From Eledone cirrhosa (Eukaryota): 64,000 nucleotides of DNA. Both the position numbers and the translations under genes were made by a program. Under the pieces are notes generated by a model. That model ran no database searches. It saw only the letters and a list, made by a program, of their open reading frames with translations, and was not told the origin of the DNA. The DNA lies in contig OZ024742.1 of the NCBI GenBank assembly GCA_964016885.1, positions 372,930,001 through 372,994,000 of the forward strand, written 5' to 3'. Shown here piece after piece: positions 41,080 to 56,000 of the stretch; position 1 is the stretch's first letter, and the number at the start of each line of letters is the position of its first letter.

Positions 41080-44000
41080 TTTCTATATAAACTGTAAATC
41101 TCATTCTATATAAACTGTGAATCTCATTCTATATAAACTGTAAATCTCTTTCTATATAAACTGTAAATCTCATTCTATATAAACTGTAAATCTCATTCTA
41201 TAAACTGTAAATCTCTTTCTATATCAACTGTAAATCTCATTCTATATAAGCTGTAAATCTCATTCTATTAACTGTAAATCTCTTTCTTTATAAACTGTAA
41301 ATCTCATTCTATATAAATTGTATATATCATTCTATAAACTGTAAATCTCAATCTATAAACTGTAAATCTCTTTCTATATAAACTGTAAATCTCCTTCTAT
41401 ATGAACTGTAAATCTCATTCTATATAAACTGTAAATCTCATTCTATATAAATTGTAAATCTCATTCTATAAACTGTAAATCTCTTTCTATATAAACTGTA
41501 AATCTCCTTCTATATAAGCTGTAAATCTCATTCTATTAACTGTAAATCTCTTTCTATATAAACTGTAAATCTCATTCTATATAAACTGTATATATCATTC
41601 TATAAACTGTAAATCTCAGTCTATAAACTGTAAATCTCTTTCTATATAAACTGTAAATCTCCTTCTATATGAACTGTAAATCTCTTTCTATATAAACTGT
41701 AAATCTCATTCTATGTAAGCTGTAAATCTCATTCTATGAACTGTAAATCTCTTTCTATATAAACTGTAAATCTCATTCTATATAAACTGTAAATCTCATT
41801 CTATGAACTGTAAATCTCTTTCTATATAAGCTGTAAATCTCATTCTATATAAACTGTAAATCTCTTTCTATATAAACTGTAAATATCATTCTATATAAAC
41901 TGTGAATCTCATTCTATATAAACTGTAAATCTCTTTCTATATAAACTGTAAATCTCATTCTATGTAAACTGTAAATCTCATTCTATATAAACTGTAAATC
42001 TCTTTCTATATAAACTGTAAATCTGATTCTATATAAACTGTAAATCCCATTCTATAAACTGTAAATCTCTTTCTATATAACCTGTAAATCTCTTTCTATA
42101 TAAACTGTAAATCTCTTGCTATAAACTGTAAATATCATTCTATATAACCTGTAAATCTCTTTCTATATAAACTCTGAATCTGATTCTATATAAACTGTAA
42201 CTCTCATTTTATATAAACTGTGAATCTCATTCTATATAAACTGTATATCTCATTCTATATAAACTGTAAATCTCAATCGATAAACTGTAAATCTCTTTAT
42301 ATATAAATTGTAAATCTCATTCTATATAAACTGAAAATCTCTTTCTATATAAACTGTAAATCTCATTCTATATAAACTGTAAATCTCATTCTATAAACTG
42401 TAAATCTCTTTCTATCTAAACTGTAAATCTCATTCTACATAAACTGTAAATCTCTTTCTATATAAACTGTAAATCTCATTCTATATAAACTGTAAATCTC
42501 TTTCTATATAAACTGTAAATCTCATTCTATATAAACTGTAAATCTCATTCTATATAAACTGTGAATCTCATTCTATATAAACTGTATATCTCATTCTATA
42601 TAAACTGTAAATCTCATTCGATAAACTGTAAATCTCTTTTTATATAAACTGTAAATCTCATTCTATATAACCTGGAAATCTCTTTCTATAAACTGGAAAT
42701 CTCATTCTATGAACTGTAAATCTCTTTCTATATAAACTGTAAATCTCATTCTATATAAACTGTGAATCTCATTCTATGAACTGTAAATCTCCTTCTATAT
42801 AAACTGTAAATCTCATTCTACATAAACTGTAAATCTCTTTCTATATAAACTGTAAATCTCATTCTATAAACTGTAAATCTCTTTCTATATGAACTGTAAA
42901 TCTCATTCTACAGAAACTGTAAATCTCATTCTATATAAACTGTAAATCTCATTCTATATAAACTGTAAATCTCTTTCTAAATAAACTGTAAATCTCATTC
43001 TATATAAACTGTGAATCTCATTCTATATAAACTGGAAATCTCTTTCTATAAACTGTAAATCTCATTCTATAAACTGTAAATCTCTTTCTATATAAACTGT
43101 AAATCTCATTCTATATAAACTATAAATCTCATTCTATAAACTGTAAATCTCTTTCTATATAAACTGTAAATCTCATTCTATATAAACTGTAAATCTCTTT
43201 CTATATAAACTGTAAATCTCATTCTATATAAACTGTAAATCTCATTCTATATAAACTGTGAATCTCATTCTATATAAACTGTATATCTCATTCTATATAA
43301 ACTGTAAATCTCATTCGATAAACTGTAAATCTCTTTTTATATAAACTGTAAATCTCATTCTATATAACCTGGAAATCTCTTTCTATAAACTGGAAATCTC
43401 ATTCTATGAACTGTAAATCTCTTTCTATATAAACTGTAAATCTCATTCTATATAAACTGTAAATCTCATTCTATGAACTGTAAATCTCCTTCTATATAAA
43501 CTGTAAATCTCATTCTACATAAACTGTAAATCTCTTTCTATATAAACTGTAAATCTCATTCTATAAACTGTAAATCTCTTTCTATATGAACTGTAAATCT
43601 CATTCTACATAAACTGTAAATCTCATTCTATATAAACTGTAAATCTCATTCTATATAAACTGTGAATCTCATTCTATATAAACTGTAAATCTCTTTCTAT
43701 ATAAACTGTAAATCTCATTCTATATAAACTGTAAATCTCATTCTATAAACTGTAAATCTCTTTCTATATCAACTGTAAATCTCATTCTATATAAGCTGTA
43801 AATCTCATTCTATTAACTGTAAATCTCTTTCTTTATAAACTGTAAATCTCATTCTATATAAATTGTATATATCATTCTATAAACTGTAAATCTCAATCTA
43901 TAAACTGTAAATCTCTTTCTATATAAACTGTAAATCTCCTTCTATATGAACTGTAAATCTCATTCTATATAAACTGTAAATCTCATTCTATATAAATTGT

Positions 44001-47000
44001 AAATCTCATTCTATAAACTGTAAATCTCTTTCTATATAAACTGTAAATCTCCTTCTATATAAGCTGTAAATCTCATTCTATTAACTGTAAATCTCTTTCT
44101 ATATAAACTGTAAATCTCATTCTATATAAACTGTATATATCATTCTATAAACTGTAAATCTCAGTCTATAAACTGTAAATCTCTTTCTATATAAACTGTA
44201 AATCTCCTTCTATATGAACTGTAAATCTCTTTCTATATAAACTGTAAATCTCATTCTATGTAAGCTGTAAATCTCATTCTATGAACTGTAAATCTCTTTC
44301 TATATAAACTGTAAATCTCATTCTATATAAACTGTAAATCTCATTCTATGAACTGTAAATCTCTTTCTATATAAGCTGTAAATCTCATTCTATATAAACT
44401 GTAAATCTCTTTCTATATAAACTGTAAATATCATTCTATATAAACTGTGAATCTCATTCTATATAAACTGTAAATCTCTTTCTATATAAACTGTAAATCT
44501 CATTCTATTTAAACTGTAAATCTCATTCTATATAAACTGTAAATCTCTTTCTATATAAACTGTAAATCTGATTCTATATAAACTGTAAATCCCATTCTAT
44601 AAACTGTAAATCTCTTTCTATATAACCTGTAAATCTCTTTCTATATAAACTGTAAATCTCTTGCTATAAACTGTAAATATCATTCTATATAACCTGTAAA
44701 TCTCTTTCTATATAAACTCTGAATCTGATTCTATATAAACTGTAACTCTCATTTTATATAAACTGTGAATCTCATTCTATATAAACTGTATATCTCATTC
44801 TATATAAACTGTAAATCTCAATCGATAAACTGTAAATCTCTTTATATATAAATTGTAAATCTCATTCTATATAAACTGAAAATCTCTTTCTATATAAACT
44901 GTAAATCTCATTCTATATAAACTGTAAATCTCATTCTATAAACTGTAAATCTCTTTCTATCTAAACTGTAAATCTCATTCTACATAAACTGTAAATCTCT
45001 TTCTATATAAACTGTAAATCTCATTCTATATAAACTGTAAATCTCTTTCTATATAAACTGTAAATCTCATTCTATATAAACTGTAAATCTCATTCTATAT
45101 AAACTGTGAATCTCATTCTATATAAACTGTATATCTCATTCTATATAAACTGTAAATCTCATTCGATAAACTGTAAATCTCTTTTTATATAAACTGTAAA
45201 TCTCAATCTATATAACCTGGAAATCTCTTTCTATAAACTGGAAATCTCATTCTATGAACTGTAAATCTCTTTCTATATAAACTGTAAATCTCATTCTATA
45301 TAAACTGTAAATCTCATTCTATGAACTGTAAATCTCCTTCTATATAAACTGTAAATCTCATTCTACATAAACTGTAAATCTCTTTCTATATAAACTGTAA
45401 ATCTCATTCTATAAACTGTAAATCTCTTTCTATATGAACTGTAAATCTCATTCTACAGAAACTGTAAATCTCATTCTATATAAACTGTAAATCTCATTCT
45501 ATATAAACTGTAAATCTCTTTCTAAATAAACTGTAAATCTCATTCTATATAAACTGTGAATCTCATTCTATATAAACTGGAAATCTCTTTCTATAAACTG
45601 TAAATCTCATTCTATAAACTGTAAATCTCTTTCTATATAAACTGTAAATCTCATTCTATATAAACTATAAATCTCATTCTATAAACTGTAAATCTCTTTC
45701 TATATAAACTGTAAATCTCATTCTATATAAACTGTAAATCTCTTTCTATATAAACTGTAAATCTCATTCTATATAAACTGTAAATCTCATTCTATATAAA
45801 CTGTGAATCTCATTCTATATAAACTGTATATCTCATTCTATATAAACTGTAAATCTCATTCGATAAACTGTAAATCTCTTTTTATATAAACTGTAAATCT
45901 CATTCTATATAACCTGGAAATCTCTTTCTATAAACTGGAAATCTCATTCTATGAACTGTAAATCTCTTTCTATATAAACTGTAAATCTCATTCTATATAA
46001 ACTGTAAATCTCATTCTATGAACTGTAAATCTCCTTCTATATAAACTGTAAATCTCATTCTACATAAACTGTAAATCTCTTTCTATATAAACTGTAAATC
46101 TCATTCTATAAACTGTAAATCTCTTTCTATATGAACTGTAAATCTCATTCTACATAAACTGTAAATCTCATTCTATATAAACTGTAAATCTCATTCTATA
46201 TAACCTGTAAATCTCTTTCTATATAAACTGTAAATCTCTTGCTATAAACTGTAAATATCATTCTATATAACCTGTAAATCTCTTTCTATATAAACTCTGA
46301 ATCTGATTCTATATAAACTGTAACTCTCATTTTATATAAACTGTGAATCTCATTCTATATAAACTGTATATCTCATTCTATATAAACTGTAAATCTCATT
46401 CGATAAACTGTAAATCTCTTTATATATAAACTGTAAATCTCATTCTATATAAACTGAAAATCTCTTTCTATATAAACTGTAAATCTCATTCTATATAAAC
46501 TGTAAATCTCATTCTATAAACTGTAAATCTCTTTCTATCTAAACTGTAAATCTCATTCTACATAAACTGTAAATCTCTTTCTATATAAACTGTAAATCTC
46601 ATTCTATATAAACTGTCAATCTCATTCTATATAAACTGTAAATCTATTTCTAAATAAACTGTAAATCTCATTCTATATAAACTGTGAATCTCATTCTATA
46701 TAAACTGTAAATCTCACTCTATATAAACTGTAAATCTCATTTGATAAACTGTAAATCTCTTTTTATATAAACTGTAAATCTCATTCTATATAAACTGGAA
46801 ATCTCTTTCTATAAACTGTAAATCTCATTCTATAAACTGTAAATCTCTTTCTATATAAACTGTAAATCTCATTCTATATAAACTGTAAATCTCATTCTAT
46901 GAACTGTAAATCTCCTTCTATATAAACTGTAAATCTCATTCTACATAAACTGTAAATCTCTTTCTATATAAACTGTAAATCTCATTCTATAAACTGTAAA

Positions 47001-50000
47001 TCTCTTTCTATATGAACTGTAAATCTCATTCTACATAAACTGTAAATCTCATTCTATATAAACTGTAAATCTCATTCTATATAAACTGTAAATCTCTTTC
47101 TAAATAAACTGTAAATCTCATTCTATATAAACTGTGAATCTCATTCTATATAAACTGTAAATCTCACTCTATATAAACTGTAAATCTCATTCGATAAACT
47201 GTAAATCTCTTTTTATATAAACTGTAAATCTCATTCTATATAAACTGTAAATCTCATTCTATAAACTGTAAATCTCTTTCTATATAAACTGTGAATCTCA
47301 TTCTATATAAACTGTATATCTCATTCTATATAAACTGTAAATCTCATTCGATAAACTGTAAATCTCATTCTATATAAACTGTAAATCTCATTCTATATAA
47401 ATTGTAAATCTCATTCTATAAACTGTAAATCTCTTTCTATATAAACTGTAAATCTCCTTCTATATAAGCTGTAAATCTCATTCTATTAACTGTAAATCTC
47501 TTTCTATATAAACTGTAAATCTCATTCTATATAAACTGTATATATCATTCTATAAACTGTAAATCTCAGTCTATAAACTGTAAATCTCTTTCTATATAAA
47601 CTGTAAATCTCCTTCTATATGAACTGTAAATCTCTTTCTATATAAACTGTAAATCTCATTCTATGTAAGCTGTAAATCTCATTCTATGAACTGTAAATCT
47701 CTTTCTATATAAACTGTAAATCTCATTCTATATAAACTGTAAATCTCATTCTATGAACTGTAAATCTCTTTCTATATAAGCTGTAAATCTCATTCTATAT
47801 AAACTGTAAATCTCTTTCTATATAAACTGTAAATATCATTCTATATAAACTGTGAATCTCATTCTATATAAACTGTAAATCTCTTTCTATATAAACTGTA
47901 AATCTCATTCTATGTAAACTGTAAATCTCATTCTATATAAACTGTAAATCTCTTTCTATATAAACTGTAAATCTGATTCTATATAAACTGTAAATCCCAT
48001 TCTATAAACTGTAAATCTCTTTCTATATAACCTGTAAATCTCTTTCTATATAAACTGTAAATCTCTTGCTATAAACTGTAAATATCATTCTATATAACCT
48101 GTAAATCTCTTTCTATATAAACTCTGAATCTGATTCTATATAAACTGTAACTCTCATTTTATATAAACTGTGAATCTCATTCTATATAAACTGTATATCT
48201 CATTCTATATAAACTGTAAATCTCAATCGATAAACTGTAAATCTCTTTATATATAAATTGTAAATCTCATTCTATATAAACTGAAAATCTCTTTCTATAT
48301 AAACTGTAAATCTCATTCTATATAAACTGTAAATCTCATTCTATAAACTGTAAATCTCTTTCTATCTAAACTGTAAATCTCATTCTACATAAACTGTAAA
48401 TCTCTTTCTATATAAACTGTAAATCTCATTCTATATAAACTGTAAATCTCTTTCTATATAAACTGTAAATCTCATTCTATATAAACTGTAAATCTCATTC
48501 TATATAAACTGTGAATCTCATTCTATATAAACTGTATATCTCATTCTATATAAACTGTAAATCTCATTCGATAAACTGTAAATCTCTTTTTATATAAACT
48601 GTAAATCTCATTCTATATAACCTGGAAATCTCTTTCTATAAACTGGAAATCTCATTCTATGAACTGTAAATCTCTTTCTATATAAACTGTAAATCTCATT
48701 CTATATAAACTGTAAATCTCATTCTATGAACTGTAAATCTCCTTCTATATAAACTGTAAATCTCATTCTACATAAACTGTAAATCTCTTTCTATATAAAC
48801 TGTAAATCTCATTCTATAAACTGTAAATCTCTTTCTATATGAACTGTAAATCTCATTCTACAGAAACTGTAAATCTCATTCTATATAAACTGTAAATCTC
48901 ATTCTATATAAACTGTAAATCTCTTTCTAAATAAACTGTAAATCTCATTCTATATAAACTGTGAATCTCATTCTATATAAACTGGAAATCTCTTTCTATA
49001 AACTGTAAATCTCATTCTATAAACTGTAAATCTCTTTCTATATAAACTGTAAATCTCATTCTATATAAACTATAAATCTCATTCTATAAACTGTAAATCT
49101 CTTTCTATATAAACTGTAAATCTCATTCTATATAAACTGTAAATCTCTTTCTATATAAACTGTAAATCTCATTCTATATAAACTGTAAATCTCATTCTAT
49201 ATAAACTGTGAATCTCATTCTATATAAACTGTATATCTCATTCTATATAAACTGTAAATCTCATTCGATAAACTGTAAATCTCTTTTTATATAAACTGTA
49301 AATCTCATTCTATATAACCTGGAAATCTCTTTCTATAAACTGGAAATCTCATTCTATGAACTGTAAATCTCTTTCTATATAAACTGTAAATCTCATTCTA
49401 TATAAACTGTAAATCTCATTCTATGAACTGTAAATCTCCTTCTATATAAACTGTAAATCTCATTCTACATAAACTGTAAATCTCTTTCTATATAAACTGT
49501 AAATCTCATTCTATAAACTGTAAATCTCTTTCTATATGAACTGTAAATCTCATTCTACATAAACTGTAAATCTCATTCTATATAAACTGTAAATCTCATT
49601 CTATATAACCTGTAAATCTCTTTCTATATAAACTGTAAATCTCTTGCTATAAACTGTAAATATCATTCTATATAACCTGTAAATCTCTTTCTATATAAAC
49701 TCTGAATCTGATTCTATATAAACTGTAACTCTCATTTTATATAAACTGTGAATCTCATTCTATATAAACTGTATATCTCATTCTATATAAACTGTAAATC
49801 TCATTCGATAAACTGTAAATCTCTTCATATATAAACTGTAAATCTCATTCTATATAAACTGAAAATCTCTTTCTATATAAACTGTAAATCTCATTCTATA
49901 TAAACTGTAAATCTCATTCTATAAACTGTAAATCTCTTTCTATCTAAACTGTAAATCTCATTCTACATAAACTGTAAATCTCTTTCTATATAAACTGTAA

Positions 50001-53000
50001 ATCTCATTCTATATAAACTGTCAATCTCATTCTATATAAACTGTAAATCTATTTCTAAATAAACTGTAAATCTCATTCTATATAAACTGTGAATCTCATT
50101 CTATATAAACTGTAAATCTCACTCTATATAAACTGTAAATCTCATTTGATAAACTGTAAATCTCTTTTTATATAAACTGTAAATCTCATTCTATATAAAC
50201 TGGAAATCTCTTTCTATAAACTGTAAATCTCATTCTATAAACTGTAAATCTCTTTCTATATAAACTGTAAATCTCATTCTATATAAACTGTAAATCTCAT
50301 TCTATGAACTGTAAATCTCCTTCTATATAAACTGTAAATCTCATTCTACATAAACTGTAAATCTCTTTCTATATAAACTGTAAATCTCATTCTATAAACT
50401 GTAAATCTCTTTCTATATGAACTGTAAATCTCATTCTACATAAACTGTAAATCTCATTCTATATAAACTGTAAATCTCATTCTATATAAACTGTAAATCT
50501 CTTTCTAAATAAACTGTAAATCTCATTCTATATAAACTGTGAATCTCATTCTATATAAACTGTAAATCTCACTCTATATAAACTGTAAATCTCATTCGAT
50601 AAACTGTAAATCTCTTTTTATATAAACTGTAAATCTCATTCTATATAAACTGTAAATCTCATTCTATAAACTGTAAATCTCTTTCTATATAAACTGTGAA
50701 TCTCATTCTATATAAACTGTATATCTCATTTTATATAAACTGTAAATCTCATTCGATAAACTGTAAATCTCTTTTTATATAAACTGTAAATCTCTTTCTA
50801 TATAAACTGTAAATCTCATTCTATATAAACTGTTAATCTCTTTCTATATAAACTGTAAATTTCATTCTATAAACTCTAAATCTCTTTCTATATAAACTGT
50901 AAATCTCATTCTATATAGAATGTAAATCTCTTTCTATATAAACTGTAAATCTCATTCTATATAAACTGAATCTCATTCTATATAAACTGTAAATCTCTTT
51001 CTATATAAACTGTAAATCTCATTCTATATAAACTGTAAATCTCCTTCTATATAAACTGTAAATCTCATTCTATAAACTGTAAATCTCTTTCTATATAAAC
51101 TGTAAATCTCATTCTATATAAGCTGTAAATCTCATTCTATTAACTGTAAATCTCATTCTATATAAACTGTAAATCTCATTCTATATAAACTGTATATATC
51201 ATTCTATAAACTGTAAATCTCAGTCTATAAACTGTAAATCTCTTTCTATATAAACTGTAAATCTCTTTCTATATGAACTGTAAATCTCTTTCTATATAAA
51301 CTGTAAATCTCATTCTATATAAGCTGTAAATCTCATTCTATGAACTGTAAATCTCTTTCTATATAAACTGTAAATCTCATTCTATAAACTGTAAATCTCT
51401 TTCTATATAAACTGTAAATCTCCTTCTATATAAGCTGTAAATCTCATTCTATTAACTGTAAATCTCTTTCTATATAAACTGTAAATCTCATTCTATATAA
51501 ACTGTATATATCATTCTATAAACTGTAAATCTCAGTCTATAAACTGTAAATCTCTTTCTATATAAACTGTAAATCTCCTTCTATATGAACTGTAAATCTC
51601 TTTCTATATAAACTGTAAATCTCATTCTATGTAAGCTGTAAATCTCATTCTATGAACTGTAAATCTCTTTCTATATAAACTGTAAATCTCATTCTATATA
51701 AACTGTAAATCTCATTCTATGAACTGTAAATCTCTTTCTATATAAGCTGTAAATCTCATTCTATATAAACTGTAAATCTCTTTCTATATAAACTGTAAAT
51801 ATCATTCTATATAAACTGTGAATCTCATTCTATATAAACTGTAAATCTCTTTCTATATAAACTGTAAATCTCATTCTATGTAAACTGTAAATCTCATTCT
51901 ATATAAACTGTAAATCTCTTTCTATATAAACTGTAAATCTGATTCTATATAAACTGTAAATCCCATTCTATAAACTGTAAATCTCTTTCTATATAACCTG
52001 TAAATCTCTTTCTATATAAACTGTAAATCTCTTGCTATAAACTGTAAATATCATTCTATATAACCTGTAAATCTCTTTCTATATAAACTCTGAATCTGAT
52101 TCTATATAAACTGTAACTCTCATTTTATATAAACTGTGAATCTCATTCTATATAAACTGTATATCTCATTCTATATAAACTGTAAATCTCAATCGATAAA
52201 CTGTAAATCTCTTTATATATAAATTGTAAATCTCATTCTATATAAACTGAAAATCTCTTTCTATATAAACTGTAAATCTCATTCTATATAAACTGTAAAT
52301 CTCATTCTATAAACTGTAAATCTCTTTCTATCTAAACTGTAAATCTCATTCTACATAAACTGTAAATCTCTTTCTATATAAACTGTAAATCTCATTCTAT
52401 ATAAACTGTAAATCTCTTTCTATATAAACTGTAAATCTCATTCTATATAAACTGTAAATCTCATTCTATATAAACTGTGAATCTCATTCTATATAAACTG
52501 TATATCTCATTCTATATAAACTGTAAATCTCATTCGATAAACTGTAAATCTCTTTTTATATAAACTGTAAATCTCATTCTATATAACCTGGAAATCTCTT
52601 TCTATAAACTGGAAATCTCATTCTATGAACTGTAAATCTCTTTCTATATAAACTGTAAATCTCATTCTATATAAACTGTGAATCTCATTCTATGAACTGT
52701 AAATCTCCTTCTATATAAACTGTAAATCTCATTCTACATAAACTGTAAATCTCTTTCTATATAAACTGTAAATCTCATTCTATAAACTGTAAATCTCTTT
52801 CTATATGAACTGTAAATCTCATTCTACAGAAACTGTAAATCTCATTCTATATAAACTGTAAATCTCATTCTATATAAACTGTAAATCTCTTTCTAAATAA
52901 ACTGTAAATCTCATTCTATATAAACTGTGAATCTCATTCTATATAAACTGGAAATCTCTTTCTATAAACTGTAAATCTCATTCTATAAACTGTAAATCTC

Positions 53001-56000
53001 TTTCTATATAAACTGTAAATCTCATTCTATATAAACTATAAATCTCATTCTATAAACTGTAAATCTCTTTCTATATAAACTGTAAATCTCATTCTATATA
53101 AACTGTAAATCTCTTTCTATATAAACTGTAAATCTCATTCTATATAAACTGTAAATCTCATTCTATATAAACTGTGAATCTCATTCTATATAAACTGTAT
53201 ATCTCATTCTATATAAACTGTAAATCTCATTCGATAAACTGTAAATCTCTTTTTATATAAACTGTAAATCTCATTCTATATAACCTGGAAATCTCTTTCT
53301 ATAAACTGGAAATCTCATTCTATGAACTGTAAATCTCTTTCTATATAAACTGTAAATCTCATTCTATATAAACTGTAAATCTCATTCTATGAACTGTAAA
53401 TCTCCTTCTATATAAACTGTAAATCTCATTCTACATAAACTGTAAATCTCTTTCTATATAAACTGTAAATCTCATTCTATAAACTGTAAATCTCTTTCTA
53501 TATGAACTGTAAATCTCATTCTACATAAACTGTAAATCTCATTCTATATAAACTGTAAATCTCATTCTATATAAACTGTGAATCTCATTCTATATAAACT
53601 GTAAATCTCTTTCTATATAAACTGTAAATCTCATTCTATATAAACTGTAAATCTCATTCTATAAACTGTAAATCTCTTTCTATATCAACTGTAAATCTCA
53701 TTCTATATAAGCTGTAAATCTCATTCTATTAACTGTAAATCTCTTTCTTTATAAACTGTAAATCTCATTCTATATAAATTGTATATATCATTCTATAAAC
53801 TGTAAATCTCAATCTATAAACTGTAAATCTCTTTCTATATAAACTGTAAATCTCCTTCTATATGAACTGTAAATCTCATTCTATATAGACTGTAAATCTC
53901 ATTCTATATAAATTGTAAATCTCATTCTATAAACTGTAAATCTCTTTCTATATAAACTGTAAATCTCCTTCTATATAAGCTGTAAATCTCATTCTATTAA
54001 CTGTAAATCTCTTTCTATATAAACTGTAAATCTCATTCTATATAAACTGTATATATCATTCTATAAACTGTAAATCTCAGTCTATAAACTGTAAATCTCT
54101 TTCTATATAAACTGTAAATCTCCTTCTATATGAACTGTAAATCTCTTTCTATATAAACTGTAAATCTCATTCTATGTAAGCTGTAAATCTCATTCTATGA
54201 ACTGTAAATCTCTTTCTATATAAACTGTAAATCTCATTCTATATAAACTGTAAATCTCATTCTATGAACTGTAAATCTCTTTCTATATAAGCTGTAAATC
54301 TCATTCTATATAAACTGTAAATCTCTTTCTATATAAACTGTAAATATCATTCTATATAAACTGTGAATCTCATTCTATATAAACTGTAAATCTCTTTCTA
54401 TATAAACTGTAAATCTCATTCTATGTAAACTGTAAATCTCATTCTATATAAACTGTAAATCTCTTTCTATATAAACTGTAAATCTGATTCTATATAAACT
54501 GTAAATCCCATTCTATAAACTGTAAATCTCTTTCTATATAACCTGTAAATCTCTTTCTATATAAACTGTAAATCTCTTGCTATAAACTGTAAATATCATT
54601 CTATATAACCTGTAAATCTCTTTCTATATAAACTCTGAATCTGATTCTATATAAACTGTAACTCTCATTTTATATAAACTGTGAATCTCATTCTATATAA
54701 ACTGTATATCTCATTCTATATAAACTGTAAATCTCAATCGATAAACTGTAAATCTCTTTATATATAAATTGTAAATCTCATTCTATATAAACTGAAAATC
54801 TCTTTCTATATAAACTGTAAATCTCATTCTATATAAACTGTAAATCTCATTCTATAAACTGTAAATCTCTTTCTATCTAAACTGTAAATCTCATTCTACA
54901 TAAACTGTAAATCTCTTTCTATATAAACTGTAAATCTCATTCTATATAAACTGTAAATCTCTTTCTATATAAACTGTAAATCTCATTCTATATAAACTGT
55001 AAATCTCATTCTATATAAACTGTGAATCTCATTCTATATAAACTGTATATCTCATTCTATATAAACTGTAAATCTCATTCGATAAACTGTAAATCTCTTT
55101 TTATATAAACTGTAAATCTCATTCTATATAACCTGGAAATCTCTTTCTATAAACTGGAAATCTCATTCTATGAACTGTAAATCTCTTTCTATATAAACTG
55201 TAAATCTCATTCTATATAAACTGTGAATCTCATTCTATGAACTGTAAATCTCCTTCTATATAAACTGTAAATCTCATTCTACATAAACTGTAAATCTCTT
55301 TCTATATAAACTGTAAATCTCATTCTATAAACTGTAAATCTCTTTCTATATGAACTGTAAATCTCATTCTACAGAAACTGTAAATCTCATTCTATATAAA
55401 CTGTAAATCTCATTCTATATAAACTGTAAATCTCTTTCTAAATAAACTGTAAATCTCATTCTATATAAACTGTGAATCTCATTCTATATAAACTGGAAAT
55501 CTCTTTCTATAAACTGTAAATCTCATTCTATAAACTGTAAATCTCTTTCTATATAAACTGTAAATCTCATTCTATATAAACTATAAATCTCATTCTATAA
55601 ACTGTAAATCTCTTTCTATATAAACTGTAAATCTCATTCTATATAAACTGTAAATCTCTTTCTATATAAACTGTAAATCTCATTCTATATAAACTGTAAA
55701 TCTCATTCTATATAAACTGTGAATCTCATTCTATATAAACTGTATATCTCATTCTATATAAACTGTAAATCTCATTCGATAAACTGTAAATCTCTTTTTA
55801 TATAAACTGTAAATCTCATTCTATATAACCTGGAAATCTCTTTCTATAAACTGGAAATCTCATTCTATGAACTGTAAATCTCTTTCTATATAAACTGTAA
55901 ATCTCATTCTATATAAACTGTAAATCTCATTCTATGAACTGTAAATCTCCTTCTATATAAACTGTAAATCTCATTCTACATAAACTGTAAATCTCTTTCT